IMG/VR virus record: IMGVR_UViG_3300031722_000011
Span: 39,444-103,443 of that record
Source: a virus
Length of the DNA stretch: 64,000 nt
Strand: one strand, 5' to 3'
Of the stretch, positions 38,819 through 49,105 are shown one piece after another (the first letter of the stretch is position 1; the number at the start of each line of letters is the position of its first letter). The translations under genes were made by a program, and so were the position numbers. The notes under the pieces were generated by a model. That model had not been told where the DNA came from and made no database searches. It worked only from the letters and a program-made list of their open reading frames with translations.

Positions 38819-39928
38819 ATGTTAATAATGAATATAGATAAATTAATAGAAGGTTTAGTGGTTAAAAATTATAAACAAATGTGTGAGTTACTTAGCCAAA
38901 CTGTAAAAGGTGGAGATAGTAAAAAGGCACAATTAAAAGAATGGTCTACATATTTCAACTATGAAAAGGATGGAAATAAATTTGTAATTAAAGAAATTTA
39001 TGACGCACAACTAGAAAAAGAAGATGGTAGAAAAATATTAAGCATAGATGACAAAAGATATAATAGTGTATATGGAGATGATATCCAACAATTATTATTG
39101 CTTTTAATTGCTTCTTCTTCTGAAGATGATGAAATAATATTACCAGCCACAGTATTATTGAATAAATTATCTATGATTAATAAAAATTACTCTTTGGCTA
39201 GAAAGAATCAAGATAAGTTATCTGAAATATTGGAAATAGATGAAAAATACATAAATGAATTCTATGGAACAACACATAGTAATTTAAAAGCTAGTTTAGA
39301 ATCTTCTATGAATTCATTAAGAAGACGAGCATTAATTACTTGGACTACTGTTAGAATGGTATGTAAGAAAGTATTAGTAACAAATTATAATGAACTTGAT
39401 GAAATAGTTATTGATGATATGGATAAAATTTCTTATTCAATAAAAGAAGAATATAGTATTGCAGATAAAGAACAAGATCTTATAATTCTTGAAGCTGAAA
39501 GATTGACATTAAAAGACATGGAATATGAAAGTATAGGACAAGTTATAAGAGATGGTAAAATTAAAGATTTTTATACTTCTGTTTATAAAATGATACAATC
39601 TAAAGCAAATATAAAATATTATTTCAATGCCTATCAAATTAAGTTTAATAAAGATTTAATCATTGATGCTTTAGAAATGTATGGTGAAGACTTAAATCAT
39701 ATAAAAATTCAATTGAATAATAAAGTGAAAGAAAAGTTATTTGATAATGCTATTAACAGACAAGAAAAAGTAGAAAATGAAATAAAAGATATAATAGGAG
39801 TTCCTAAATTAAAGAAAAATCAAAAGTTGAGAATTGAAAAAGATTATTTAGATAATATTCAATTATTGATTAATACTGTTATACATATGACTTCTAAAGA
39901 TATAAGAAACAAATTAAAAGTTGACTAA
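38819..39928 (+). CDS. Putative DNA-binding / replication-initiator-like protein
   Basis: Shares its N-domain with 37984 (KNYKQMCELL...KKAQL...YEKDGNKFVIKEIYD). Followed by inverted repeats and a structured region. Function is inferred. Confidence 0.35.
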   Translation: MLIMNIDKLIEGLVVKNYKQMCELLSQTVKGGDSKKAQLKEWSTYFNYEKDGNKFVIKEIYDAQLEKEDGRKILSIDDKRYNSVYGDDIQQLLLLLIASSSEDDEIILPATVLLNKLSMINKNYSLARKNQDKLSEILEIDEKYINEFYGTTHSNLKASLESSMNSLRRRALITWTTVRMVCKKVLVTNYNELDEIVIDDMDKISYSIKEEYSIADKEQDLIILEAERLTLKDMEYESIGQVIRDGKIKDFYTSVYKMIQSKANIKYYFNAYQIKFNKDLIIDALEMYGEDLNHIKIQLNNKVKEKLFDNAINRQEKVENEIKDIIGVPKLKKNQKLRIEKDYLDNIQLLINTVIHMTSKDIRNKLKVD

Positions 39929-40278
39929 CTATCACCCACTATAATAGACAAGGACGATTTTGAATATACGTCCCGTATATAATATATAGTTAGTGATTTA
40001 TAGTCAACTTTTGATAAATTATATTAAACTAATCAAAAGTTGTACATAATTAATAACCTCAATAGAAAAACAAATTAAAGTATCATTTGGATTGTGAGGA
40101 ACGAACAAGACAAGCCTTTGGTTCTTGTGGCTACAAGAATATATATTAACAATCAACAATCAATAGAAGGCTTAGACCAGCCCGAACGTTCCGTTCTCCT
40201 CGGTCTTGTCTGCCAAACGAGTTGGCATCCAAATGATATTTGTCAACTATTTAAAATAAATTATTAAGGAGATTAAAT

Positions 40279-40602
40279 ATGAAAGTTGATAATAAAATGG
40301 GTGTATATATTCTAATAGACAAACAAAGAAGTGATGAAGAAAATATAGTTTATAAAATTGGATTCAGTTCAAAAGTTAGAAATAGAATAAATCAAATTAA
40401 AAAGACGTATTCATTTTTGGGACAAGATAATGAACTTGAGGTATTTACTATTATATATTGTAATCAAGCAAAAAAGTTAGAAGGTCACTTACATACTATG
40501 TTAAAATTTGCAAAGCTGATAGATAAACATGAGTGGTTTAAAAGTAGCTATGAAACATTAAACAATAGGCTTTTTAAAATTTCATTAGCAGATTATAAAT
40601 AA
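40279..40602 (+). CDS. T5orf172/GIY-YIG-like domain protein
   Basis: GVYIL...YKIGFS...RINQI...LEGHLH...EWF. Confidence 0.8.
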   Translation: MKVDNKMGVYILIDKQRSDEENIVYKIGFSSKVRNRINQIKKTYSFLGQDNELEVFTIIYCNQAKKLEGHLHTMLKFAKLIDKHEWFKSSYETLNNRLFKISLADYK

Positions 40603-40927
40603 AATATATCATGTGATAGAGATTAGAAAATAAAATTCTAGTCTCTATCTATCAATATTCACGTAAAACATTTGTTTTATTTTATTTTATTTTATTTGAA
40701 ATTATAAACTCTGTAAGCAAGTGATAGCCTTATTGTTAAATGTGAATTATTTTTATAAAGTCTATTTAAAAAAATAATTAGTAGACTTTTAAAGATAATT
40801 TTTGCAAAGATTATACAAATGAGCACAAAATACAAAATGATAACAATTAATATAAATTGAATTACAACAGAAAAAATTATGGAAAAGGGTGATAAATTAA
40901 AAAATAAAATAAAAGGAGGAATAAATA

Positions 40928-41383
40928 ATGGCAATACATGAATATCCAATGGGCTTGGATTATAAAAATGGAGTTCAACAAATTAGTTGTCTTGAAAGGG
41001 ACTTTGGTGGGGTTCGTACTACAGGAATTAATTCAGGATCAACATGTAAAATCATAGACAAAGCATTTGAATTAGTTTACGAACAAGAAACTCAACAATG
41101 GTATAAACAAAAGGTATTAGCTAATGGTGAATTATTATCACCAGAAACTATAGAATTTCTATCAACAGATTGGATACTAATAGCATCTAATGATACAGAT
41201 TATGTTGAAGGATTGACACTATATAAATTAACTATTACACATAATTTGAATACTACTATATTTAATAGTTATGTTTATAATTCAGACAATGATGAAATGG
41301 CTTGTTATGGAGACACAACAGATGCTAATAATGTAAAAATAATAAGTAATGAAATTTTTAATGGAAAGGTGGTATTAATTTAA
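40928..41383 (+). CDS. Structural/fibre-associated hypothetical protein
   Basis: ITHNLNT motif typical of fibre-associated domains; strong RBS. Confidence 0.5.
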   Translation: MAIHEYPMGLDYKNGVQQISCLERDFGGVRTTGINSGSTCKIIDKAFELVYEQETQQWYKQKVLANGELLSPETIEFLSTDWILIASNDTDYVEGLTLYKLTITHNLNTTIFNSYVYNSDNDEMACYGDTTDANNVKIISNEIFNGKVVLI

Positions 41384-41384
41384 T

Positions 41385-43055
41385 ATGAGAGAAAAAGATA
41401 TACAAATTCAATTATATAAAGTTGTTAATATTGAAAATACTATAGATGCTAAAATAGCAGAAAAAAGTGGTATTTCAAATCTCAATTCATTTACATCGGA
41501 TAACTTAACACAAGGAACAAATAATTTATATGCTACAAGTACCGAAAAAGCAAATTGGAATGCGAAAGCTAACCAATTAGATTTAAATACTACAAATGTA
41601 AATGTTACAAAAAATACTTTTGATATAGCTAATGTTAATGCATCCCTATCAGAAAAAGCGAATGAAATTATGAAAGCATCAATGCTTATAAACGCAACAA
41701 ATATTAATAATATTACAAATCCAAAAGTATTAGATATACCAACATACGACCTGAATCCAAGCGTAGGGCATCCAAGTATATTATATATTCAAGAAGGGTT
41801 TGCAGGGTTCAAATATTGGATGGCTTATACACCGTTTCCAGCAGAACCTAGAGAAAATCCTTGCGTAGTTGTAAGTAATGATGGAGAACATTGGATTAAT
41901 CCACCGTGGTTTACGAATCCGATTTTTTCAGCAACAGACGCAATTAATGATGGACTATCTTATAATTCTGACCCCGATATATTACTTATGAAAGATGGAA
42001 CAATTGGAGTCTATTGGAGAGGGTATAAGTCTAGTCCCAAAAGAGATGTTATTTACCTTAAAACTTTTAGCAAAGACACTTTAACATGGTCAGCTAGACA
42101 AATTGTAATAGATATCCCTACTTTTGCTTTAGCACCTTCTATACTATTAGAAAATGATGGTTCATATAGCATGTATAGTGTAGATACTAACTTAGCTACT
42201 AACCTGCAGGTTCAAAGACGTACATCTTTTGATGGCATAGTTTGGAGCGTACCAACGTCATGCATTCTTTCAACAGTAAATACAATATTTTCATGGCACA
42301 TTGAAGTTAGGAAAGTGTCAGATGGGTATATATTATTAAATTGTGATTCTGCTAGACACCTTATTTATTACAAGTCAACAGATGGTATTCATTTTAACGG
42401 TTCTAGTATACCACTAGTTCAAAGTAACAATTTAGGTTGGGATAACGGAGGATATTACCGAAGTAGTTTTTTAGTATTAGAAGAAAATCCATTAAAATTA
42501 TGGGTGTTTTTAACAGGTATGACTGATTCTACATCGTCAGCTACATGGAGAATAGGAAGCAAAATAGTAAATAAACTACCTATTTATTCAAATAGAAATA
42601 GTGCTAATTTAATTTTAAATCCTACTTTAACAACAGGGACTAGTGGAGTTGCTACAGGATTTACGTCTTCTAATATTGCGGGAATAACTTCCACGTATTC
42701 AATAGATGGTGGTCAAAAAATACAAATTACTGCGAGTACAGTTGCAAGTGCCTCATGTATAGGACAAACAATAACAACTATAGATTTATCAAAGACTTAT
42801 ACTATATCAGCGATATTAAAAACGTTGGGGAACGTTGTTGCACACATATATATAGATTGGTATAATGGTGCAACATATTTGAATACGACTGATGTAACAG
42901 CCGTGTCTAGCTATGAGTACGATTTAGTATCTAACACCACTATAACACCTTTAGCAAACTCTACTAAGTGTAAAATATCATTTGGAATACTACCACTGGC
43001 AATCGGCAACGTTGGTTCGGGTTGGTTTAAAGAAGTGGTATTTGTAGCTAATTAA
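41385..43055 (+). CDS. Virion protein with glycoside-hydrolase-like beta-propeller and C-terminal CBM-like domain
   Basis: HPSIL, YWMAYTPFP, ENP.V..SNDG..W, SDPDI, SFDGIVWS and STDGIHF blades; NLILNP jelly-roll start. Confidence 0.7.
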   Translation: MREKDIQIQLYKVVNIENTIDAKIAEKSGISNLNSFTSDNLTQGTNNLYATSTEKANWNAKANQLDLNTTNVNVTKNTFDIANVNASLSEKANEIMKASMLINATNINNITNPKVLDIPTYDLNPSVGHPSILYIQEGFAGFKYWMAYTPFPAEPRENPCVVVSNDGEHWINPPWFTNPIFSATDAINDGLSYNSDPDILLMKDGTIGVYWRGYKSSPKRDVIYLKTFSKDTLTWSARQIVIDIPTFALAPSILLENDGSYSMYSVDTNLATNLQVQRRTSFDGIVWSVPTSCILSTVNTIFSWHIEVRKVSDGYILLNCDSARHLIYYKSTDGIHFNGSSIPLVQSNNLGWDNGGYYRSSFLVLEENPLKLWVFLTGMTDSTSSATWRIGSKIVNKLPIYSNRNSANLILNPTLTTGTSGVATGFTSSNIAGITSTYSIDGGQKIQITASTVASASCIGQTITTIDLSKTYTISAILKTLGNVVAHIYIDWYNGATYLNTTDVTAVSSYEYDLVSNTTITPLANSTKCKISFGILPLAIGNVGSGWFKEVVFVAN

Positions 43056-43060
43056 TTGAG

Positions 43061-43089
43061 TTGTTAAAATCTTAAACTAATGATATAAT
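43061..43089 (+). promoter_or_regulatory. SigA promoter of the acetyltransferase moron
   Basis: TTGTTA-17-TATAAT with TG extension, just after the upstream stop codon. Confidence 0.75.
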
Positions 43090-43125
43090 TAACTAAAATG
43101 CAATTAAATGGAAGGATAGTGCTAC

Positions 43126-43689
43126 ATGATTATGGGAATTAAAACTAAAATAAAGAAGTATTTACTTTTGAAATTAACAGGGCAAATTGATTTTGGCACT
43201 CTAATTAAAAGAGGTTTAAAAGTTGGTACAAATTTTAGTATGCAGAAAGAATGCATTATCGATGATTCGCATTGTTCATTAATAACTATAGGAAATAATG
43301 TTACTTTAGCCCCTAGAGTTCACATTCTTGCACATGATTCAAGTACTAAAATGTTTTTAGGTTATACTAAAATTGGAAAAGTTACCATTGAGGATAAAGT
43401 TTTTATTGGAGCAGGAAGTATAATATTACCTAATGTTAATATTGGTAGTAATGTAATAATAGGTGCTGGAAGTGTGGTAACACAGAGTATTCCAAATAAT
43501 TCAGTTGCAGTTGGCAATCCTTGCAAGCCAATAGGCAAGACTGATGAGTACATTGATAAAACTAAACAAAGTATGGAATCCAATCCAGTATTTGATGAAA
43601 CTTATACGCTTCGTTCTAAAGAGTATACCAAAGAAAAAGAACTTGATATGATTGAAAGAATTGGTGCTGGTTTAGGTTATATTGAATAG
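43126..43689 (+). CDS. Hexapeptide-repeat (LbH) O-acetyltransferase
   Basis: ITIGNNVTLAPRVHILAHD...IGAGSIILPNVNIG...IGAGSVVT...VAVGNPCK. Terminator 43719-43750. Confidence 0.9.
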   Translation: MIMGIKTKIKKYLLLKLTGQIDFGTLIKRGLKVGTNFSMQKECIIDDSHCSLITIGNNVTLAPRVHILAHDSSTKMFLGYTKIGKVTIEDKVFIGAGSIILPNVNIGSNVIIGAGSVVTQSIPNNSVAVGNPCKPIGKTDEYIDKTKQSMESNPVFDETYTLRSKEYTKEKELDMIERIGAGLGYIE

Positions 43690-43958
43690 TGAATTTATAC
43701 GTAATCGGGAAAATAGTTAAAGAGAGTAATTAGTTTTACTCTCTCTTTTTATAATTAAAAACAAATTAAATGAACCAATTAAAATTCATATTTTAAAAGA
43801 ATATTACCCTTGAAAAATGGAGCATATTAAAGCATTGACGAGCATTTAAGAGTTATTTTATTAAAGATTATAAAATATTAAGGTAATTTTTAATAAAATA
43901 ACTCAATTAATATAATATATAGTTTTCATAAATAAAAATGATAAAGGAGGAATTTATT

Positions 43959-44768
43959 ATGTCATTTGATGCAGTACAATATGCGTTGGGTAAAAAAAAT
44001 AGAAAAGTTACATTACAAAGTAGTACAAACATAACAGTCGGTGGATTAAATGTTGATACAGAAATTAAAAATATGGATACAAATGACTTATTCACAACTA
44101 TGCTAATAAAAAGTTTAGCACCTAAGACAAAGCTTGAATTTTATGATTCATCAGATACTCTTATAGATCCTACAGTATTGAGAACTTCAGGGATACCATT
44201 ATTAATAAAAACAATAAAAGCAATATCAGAAAAATCTACCGAGTCTGACATTATCACAAGCATGGAAACATATTCAAATCCAGCAATAAGTGAATTTGCT
44301 AAATTAGATGTAGAACCAAATTCAGACTTAAATACATGGACTTTCAATGATATTACAATTGATGAAACAGTTACATTTTCTGTAATATCAACTAATAATC
44401 AAGGATTAATTGGAAAAAATAATACAACTTTTAATTTTGTAAATTGTTGTTATGCAGGAATTGTCCCTAGTACAACCACAATAACTTCAATATCCGAAAC
44501 AGATATAAAAAATGGTAAAAACATATTGCAACAAAAGAGTGATATAGATAATTTATTTACTGGAAATGGTAAAATGTTTTTTGCATATGAATCTACTTGG
44601 GGATATGCAAAATCAATAGTTGATGTACTAAATAATATGAATATCACAACTGCATTTGAGAAAAAAGAAATAGACATATCTAATATGAGTGGGACTGTAA
44701 AATATATAGTTTATTTAGCCAATATACGAGGTAATTATATTGGAAGCGAAGTTGCATTAAAGTTTTAA
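43959..44768 (+). CDS. Structural hypothetical protein (Ig-like)
   Basis: RBS AAGGAGG before ATG 43959; second fibre module. Confidence 0.55.
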   Translation: MSFDAVQYALGKKNRKVTLQSSTNITVGGLNVDTEIKNMDTNDLFTTMLIKSLAPKTKLEFYDSSDTLIDPTVLRTSGIPLLIKTIKAISEKSTESDIITSMETYSNPAISEFAKLDVEPNSDLNTWTFNDITIDETVTFSVISTNNQGLIGKNNTTFNFVNCCYAGIVPSTTTITSISETDIKNGKNILQQKSDIDNLFTGNGKMFFAYESTWGYAKSIVDVLNNMNITTAFEKKEIDISNMSGTVKYIVYLANIRGNYIGSEVALKF

Positions 44769-44797
44769 AAATAATATTGTGAGGTGAAAATGGTTAA

Positions 44798-45726
44798 ATG
44801 AAAAGAATTAAAAATTATATAAAAGAAGGTATTAAGAAATTCATATTAGTTCTATTACATGATTATATCGAAAAAATAAAAGAAGATATAAAAAAAGAAT
44901 CACTGGAAAGTAATATAATATATATTGAAAATAATATGTCTAAAAAAATATATGAAAATATAGGTGATATTAATATAATTACAAATGATATTGAAAGCAA
45001 ATTTGATAGTAAAATAGTAAAATTGATGGAAGTTATTAATGATAATAATAATTCTTTATCAGTTAGTATTCGAGATGTAATGAATAATATAAACAAATTA
45101 CAAAAGGAATTAGAAGAGTTTAAGAGATTGTTAGATTGTAAAGATAATGAATTATCAGATAAAATAGATGATAATTGCAAAACAATTAAAATAACTTTAA
45201 GTGATGAATTATCTATAAAAGAAAAAGAAATATTAGATTTTATAAGTCATTATAAAGAAGAAATTAATGATAAGATAAATGTTGTAAATGATTTTGTAAA
45301 AGAAATTAAAGAGAATGATAATTTGAGGTTATTGGAGATACAAAAAACTACTGAAGACGTAAATATTATTAGAGAGACATCACAATCAAAACAAATTAAT
45401 GAACAATATGTATCGTTTCCTAATGAAAATATTATAGGCAATGGGGATAAAGAAGTTAAAGATGGAACTATATCTTATGACTATTCAGGTAGTCAAATTA
45501 TTGAAAGAGTGTATTTTGATGGAGAGTGCGACAACCAAATAATAATACAAAAGAAGTACAAACAGTAAAAAATTATGTAAATATAGATAATATTACAAGA
45601 GAATTTGACAAAGATTTAATATTTTCTAAGGATAAATCAATTATTATTACAGATAGTTTAAATCACGATGATAAATATAAAATAATAATAAAGAGTTCAA
45701 ATATATTTTTAGAGAAAATAAAATAG
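44798..45726 (+). pseudogene. Coiled-coil protein apparently split by a 1-nt deletion near 45528 (ORFs 44798-45568 and 45526-45726)
   Basis: Adding one G gives ...VYFDGEWRQPNN... and joins both ORFs. Confidence 0.5.
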
Positions 45727-45742
45727 AAAGGAGATATTTTAA

Positions 45743-48700
45743 ATGAGTGATTTTTTAAAAGGAAATCCGTTAATAATGCCAAATTATTTTCTTGGAGATG
45801 TACCAATGGATACGAAGACAAAAGCATCCTCAGTATCGGAAGTTTTGACAGTTCTTGCAAAAGAAAATAGATATACAGGATTGACAATATATTGTGAATT
45901 AGAAGAAGAATTTTATTGCTTTAAGACTGGAATTGAAGATTCTGATTTTATAAAAACAGGTGGTTCTACTTCACTTATTAAAGTTGCAAATTTTGCTTCA
46001 TTGCCTACTATAAACCAAGACTCTACTGCTATATACATAGCATTAGATACAATGATTGAATACATATGGAATGTTAATATTTGGAGTACATTTAAAAACA
46101 TAGCAGATAATATCTCGTTTAATAATAGTCCAAATGGTACTAATATTTATCCTACTGATTATCAAACTGTGCAAAAAGTTTTGGAACAAAATAAAAAAGA
46201 AGTTGATTTAAAAGTAGATAAAATAGATGTTGTAACAGTTGCTACTCCGAATAAAATATTAAAATTAGATGAAAATAGTAAATTACCTACAAGTATAACA
46301 GGTGATTCTGATACGATTGATGGAAAGCATGTAGATGATACAAAGACTGGAATAGATGCTACTACAAATAATGCATTATGGACAGCAAATAAAGTTAAAA
46401 ATTATGTAGATACACAAGATAATTTAAAACAGAATATTATAGAAAATACGTTGACTACGACAACTAAAACTATACCTTTGGCAATCAATGAAGTAAATAC
46501 TGTAATAACTAATCATAAATCAGATACTAATAATCCTCATTTAACTACTAAAAGTCAAGTTGGATTAGGAAATGTAGATAATATTCAGCAAATACCAATA
46601 AATCAAAAAGGTGTTGCAAATGGAGTAGCTACTTTAGACTCAAGTGGGTTAGTTCCATCTATTCAACTGCCTAGTTATGTGGATGATGTTTTAGAATTTA
46701 TGAATCTAGCTAGTTTTCCAACTACAGGCGAAACAGGGAAAATATACGTAGATAAAACTACAAATAAAACATATAGATGGAGTGGTTCTGTATACACATA
46801 TATTACTAGTGGTGCAGTTGATAGTGTTAATGGTAAAACAGGCGTTGTTGCTTTGACAAAAGCTGACTTTAGTGATTTGAATTTAGTCGATAACATAGCA
46901 GATGCAAATAAGAATGTCTTAAGTGCAACAAAGCTTACAACTACAAGAGCTATTTCTTACACAGGAGATGTAATTGGATCAAATACCTTTAATGGTTCTG
47001 TTGATGTAACTACACCTATGACATTAGCTAATAGTGGGGTAACGGTAGGAACTTATACGAAAGTTACAGTTGATTCAAAAGGACGGACTACTAGTGGAAC
47101 AAATTTAATAGCTACAGATATTCCTATCTTAACATCTTCAAAAATTTCTGATTTTGATACACAAGTTAGAACAAGTACGTTAAATCAAATGGCAAGTCCT
47201 ACAGTAGATTTGTCAATAAATAATAAAAAAATAGTAAATGTTGCCAACCCAACACTATCTACAGATGCAGTTAATAAATCATATTCAGATACACAGGATG
47301 CACTTAAACAAAATATAACCGAAAACACACTAACAACAATTAATAAAACTATACCAACGGCTATAAACGAAGTAAATACTACATTAAATTTAAAAGTAGA
47401 TAAGGTTACAGGGAAGAGTTTAGTTTTAGATACAGAAATAACTAAATTAGCTACTATTGCAAACGGTGCAGAAGTTAATGTACAAGCTGATTGGAATAAC
47501 ACTGTTATAACCGATGATAGTTATATTAAGAATAAGCCAGATTTAGATTTGTACCAAACTAGAATAGATGATAGTTTACCAACTGCTAATAAAAACGTTG
47601 TAGGTTCAATTGGAGAAGTTTGTTTAAGTATGACTCTACAAGGACTTAAACCTTTATATGAAACACATCCATTTGGAAATAGTACAAGTGTAACTCAGTC
47701 ACAAATACAATCATGGTTTGATAATAATGCTTATCTTATAAATTTTGAAAGTTATGACACAATAAACCCTTCTACAGACTGCAATGTATCGATAGGTTGT
47801 GATGAAGGTTATGTATTATGGTTAGGTAGTAACACATGGTATTATAGTTTAAATAATGGAAGTGGTGACTATTGGTCTAATATGACACCTATGGCATCTA
47901 AAGGAGATTTTACTCTAGGGGAAATAACAATGATTGCAATGGGTAAAAAATTTATACCAACTAAAGCTGATTTGACTCACTCACATGTTAAGTCTGATAT
48001 TACAGATTTCGCACATACTCATGTAAAAAGTGATATAAGTAATTTTTCTCATACACATACTAAATCAGATATAACAAACTTTACACACACACATTTAAAA
48101 GCAGATATCACTGATTTAACTAATGTTACTCAATCTGCTAATGGTTTAATGATTCCTACTGATAAAACAAAATTAGATAATATTTACTCATTATCTTCTT
48201 CTAGTAGAGATTTTAAAACTGCATATAGTGCCAGTGGCGTATATAGGATGGCAAACCCACTTAGTAATATTCCCCCAGGTTATGAGCAAGTATACGGTGA
48301 TTTTTGGGTAGATGTTAAATATCTTGATGCTAATAATCAAAACCTAACTGTTTATGATATTAAATCTTCTGCTATTTGGAGATTATCTTGTGTTGCTGGA
48401 ACATGGAGTGAATGGTCTAGATTAGACTATGGTACTTCAGCTTCTTCTGATAAAATAAATTCACCTGATACTAGGGGAGTATCAGGTTATTCACTTCCAT
48501 CAGACTATATATCAAAAGGCAAAGGTGTTATGTACGAGTTTAAAAATATTACAAATATAGCATTAAGTCCTACAACTTTTCCAGTAATAGGTACAATGTC
48601 GTTTTGTCAAGTAGAAACAAAAATACCTTGGAATGATTCTAGTGGGGGGGGGTATCCTACACAAACAGCTACTTGTTCAGGATATGTTTTCACAAGAACT

Positions 48701-49069
48701 GGTACTAGTGGCTCTACTTGGGGAAATTGGACACAGTTTATGACAGTTCCAGCTAGTGTTGATTACGTTATAGAAACATGGAGAAGTGGAACAGAATGGA
48801 GAAGAACATATAATAGTGGTTGGGTAGAACAAGGTGGATATGTTACTATTAAATCAGATAGTAGTACGGTTATAACACTTCCTATTACTATGGCTGATGT
48901 CAACTATTCAATAATGACTAGTGTAAATTGTACTAATTCAACAGGGGGTAGTTCAGATGCTTCTTACTATGGAAGCGTGACTACTACTGGATTTACACTT
49001 TATAGTGATTATGCTAGTAACTCATATAAGTCTGGTATAAGATGGGAAGTTAAAGGACAAAAAGCATAA
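45743..49069 (+). CDS. Long tail fibre protein
   Basis: NPH.TTKSQVGLGNVDN, ANGVATLDSSG, QLPSYVDDV, VTVDSKGR, GAEVNVQADW, HxH repeats, knob-like and gp53-like C-terminus (SGWVEQGG). Confidence 0.85.
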   Translation: MSDFLKGNPLIMPNYFLGDVPMDTKTKASSVSEVLTVLAKENRYTGLTIYCELEEEFYCFKTGIEDSDFIKTGGSTSLIKVANFASLPTINQDSTAIYIALDTMIEYIWNVNIWSTFKNIADNISFNNSPNGTNIYPTDYQTVQKVLEQNKKEVDLKVDKIDVVTVATPNKILKLDENSKLPTSITGDSDTIDGKHVDDTKTGIDATTNNALWTANKVKNYVDTQDNLKQNIIENTLTTTTKTIPLAINEVNTVITNHKSDTNNPHLTTKSQVGLGNVDNIQQIPINQKGVANGVATLDSSGLVPSIQLPSYVDDVLEFMNLASFPTTGETGKIYVDKTTNKTYRWSGSVYTYITSGAVDSVNGKTGVVALTKADFSDLNLVDNIADANKNVLSATKLTTTRAISYTGDVIGSNTFNGSVDVTTPMTLANSGVTVGTYTKVTVDSKGRTTSGTNLIATDIPILTSSKISDFDTQVRTSTLNQMASPTVDLSINNKKIVNVANPTLSTDAVNKSYSDTQDALKQNITENTLTTINKTIPTAINEVNTTLNLKVDKVTGKSLVLDTEITKLATIANGAEVNVQADWNNTVITDDSYIKNKPDLDLYQTRIDDSLPTANKNVVGSIGEVCLSMTLQGLKPLYETHPFGNSTSVTQSQIQSWFDNNAYLINFESYDTINPSTDCNVSIGCDEGYVLWLGSNTWYYSLNNGSGDYWSNMTPMASKGDFTLGEITMIAMGKKFIPTKADLTHSHVKSDITDFAHTHVKSDISNFSHTHTKSDITNFTHTHLKADITDLTNVTQSANGLMIPTDKTKLDNIYSLSSSSRDFKTAYSASGVYRMANPLSNIPPGYEQVYGDFWVDVKYLDANNQNLTVYDIKSSAIWRLSCVAGTWSEWSRLDYGTSASSDKINSPDTRGVSGYSLPSDYISKGKGVMYEFKNITNIALSPTTFPVIGTMSFCQVETKIPWNDSSGGGYPTQTATCSGYVFTRTGTSGSTWGNWTQFMTVPASVDYVIETWRSGTEWRRTYNSGWVEQGGYVTIKSDSSTVITLPITMADVNYSIMTSVNCTNSTGGSSDASYYGSVTTTGFTLYSDYASNSYKSGIRWEVKGQKA
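47978..48115 (+). repeat. Four 33-nt coding repeats (H-x-H-x-K-[SA]-D-I-x-x-F/L)
   Basis: HSHVKSDITDF, HTHVKSDISNF, HTHTKSDITNF, HTHLKADITDL. Confidence 0.85.
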
Positions 49070-49105
49070 TAAATTAAAATAAAAATAGAAAGGAATGGTG
49101 AGAAA

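Noticed and set aside
40692-40949. 85-aa hydrophobic minus-strand ORF as another toxin
   Set aside because: It overlaps the start of 40928, has no RBS, and its hydrophobicity follows from A-rich plus-strand DNA.
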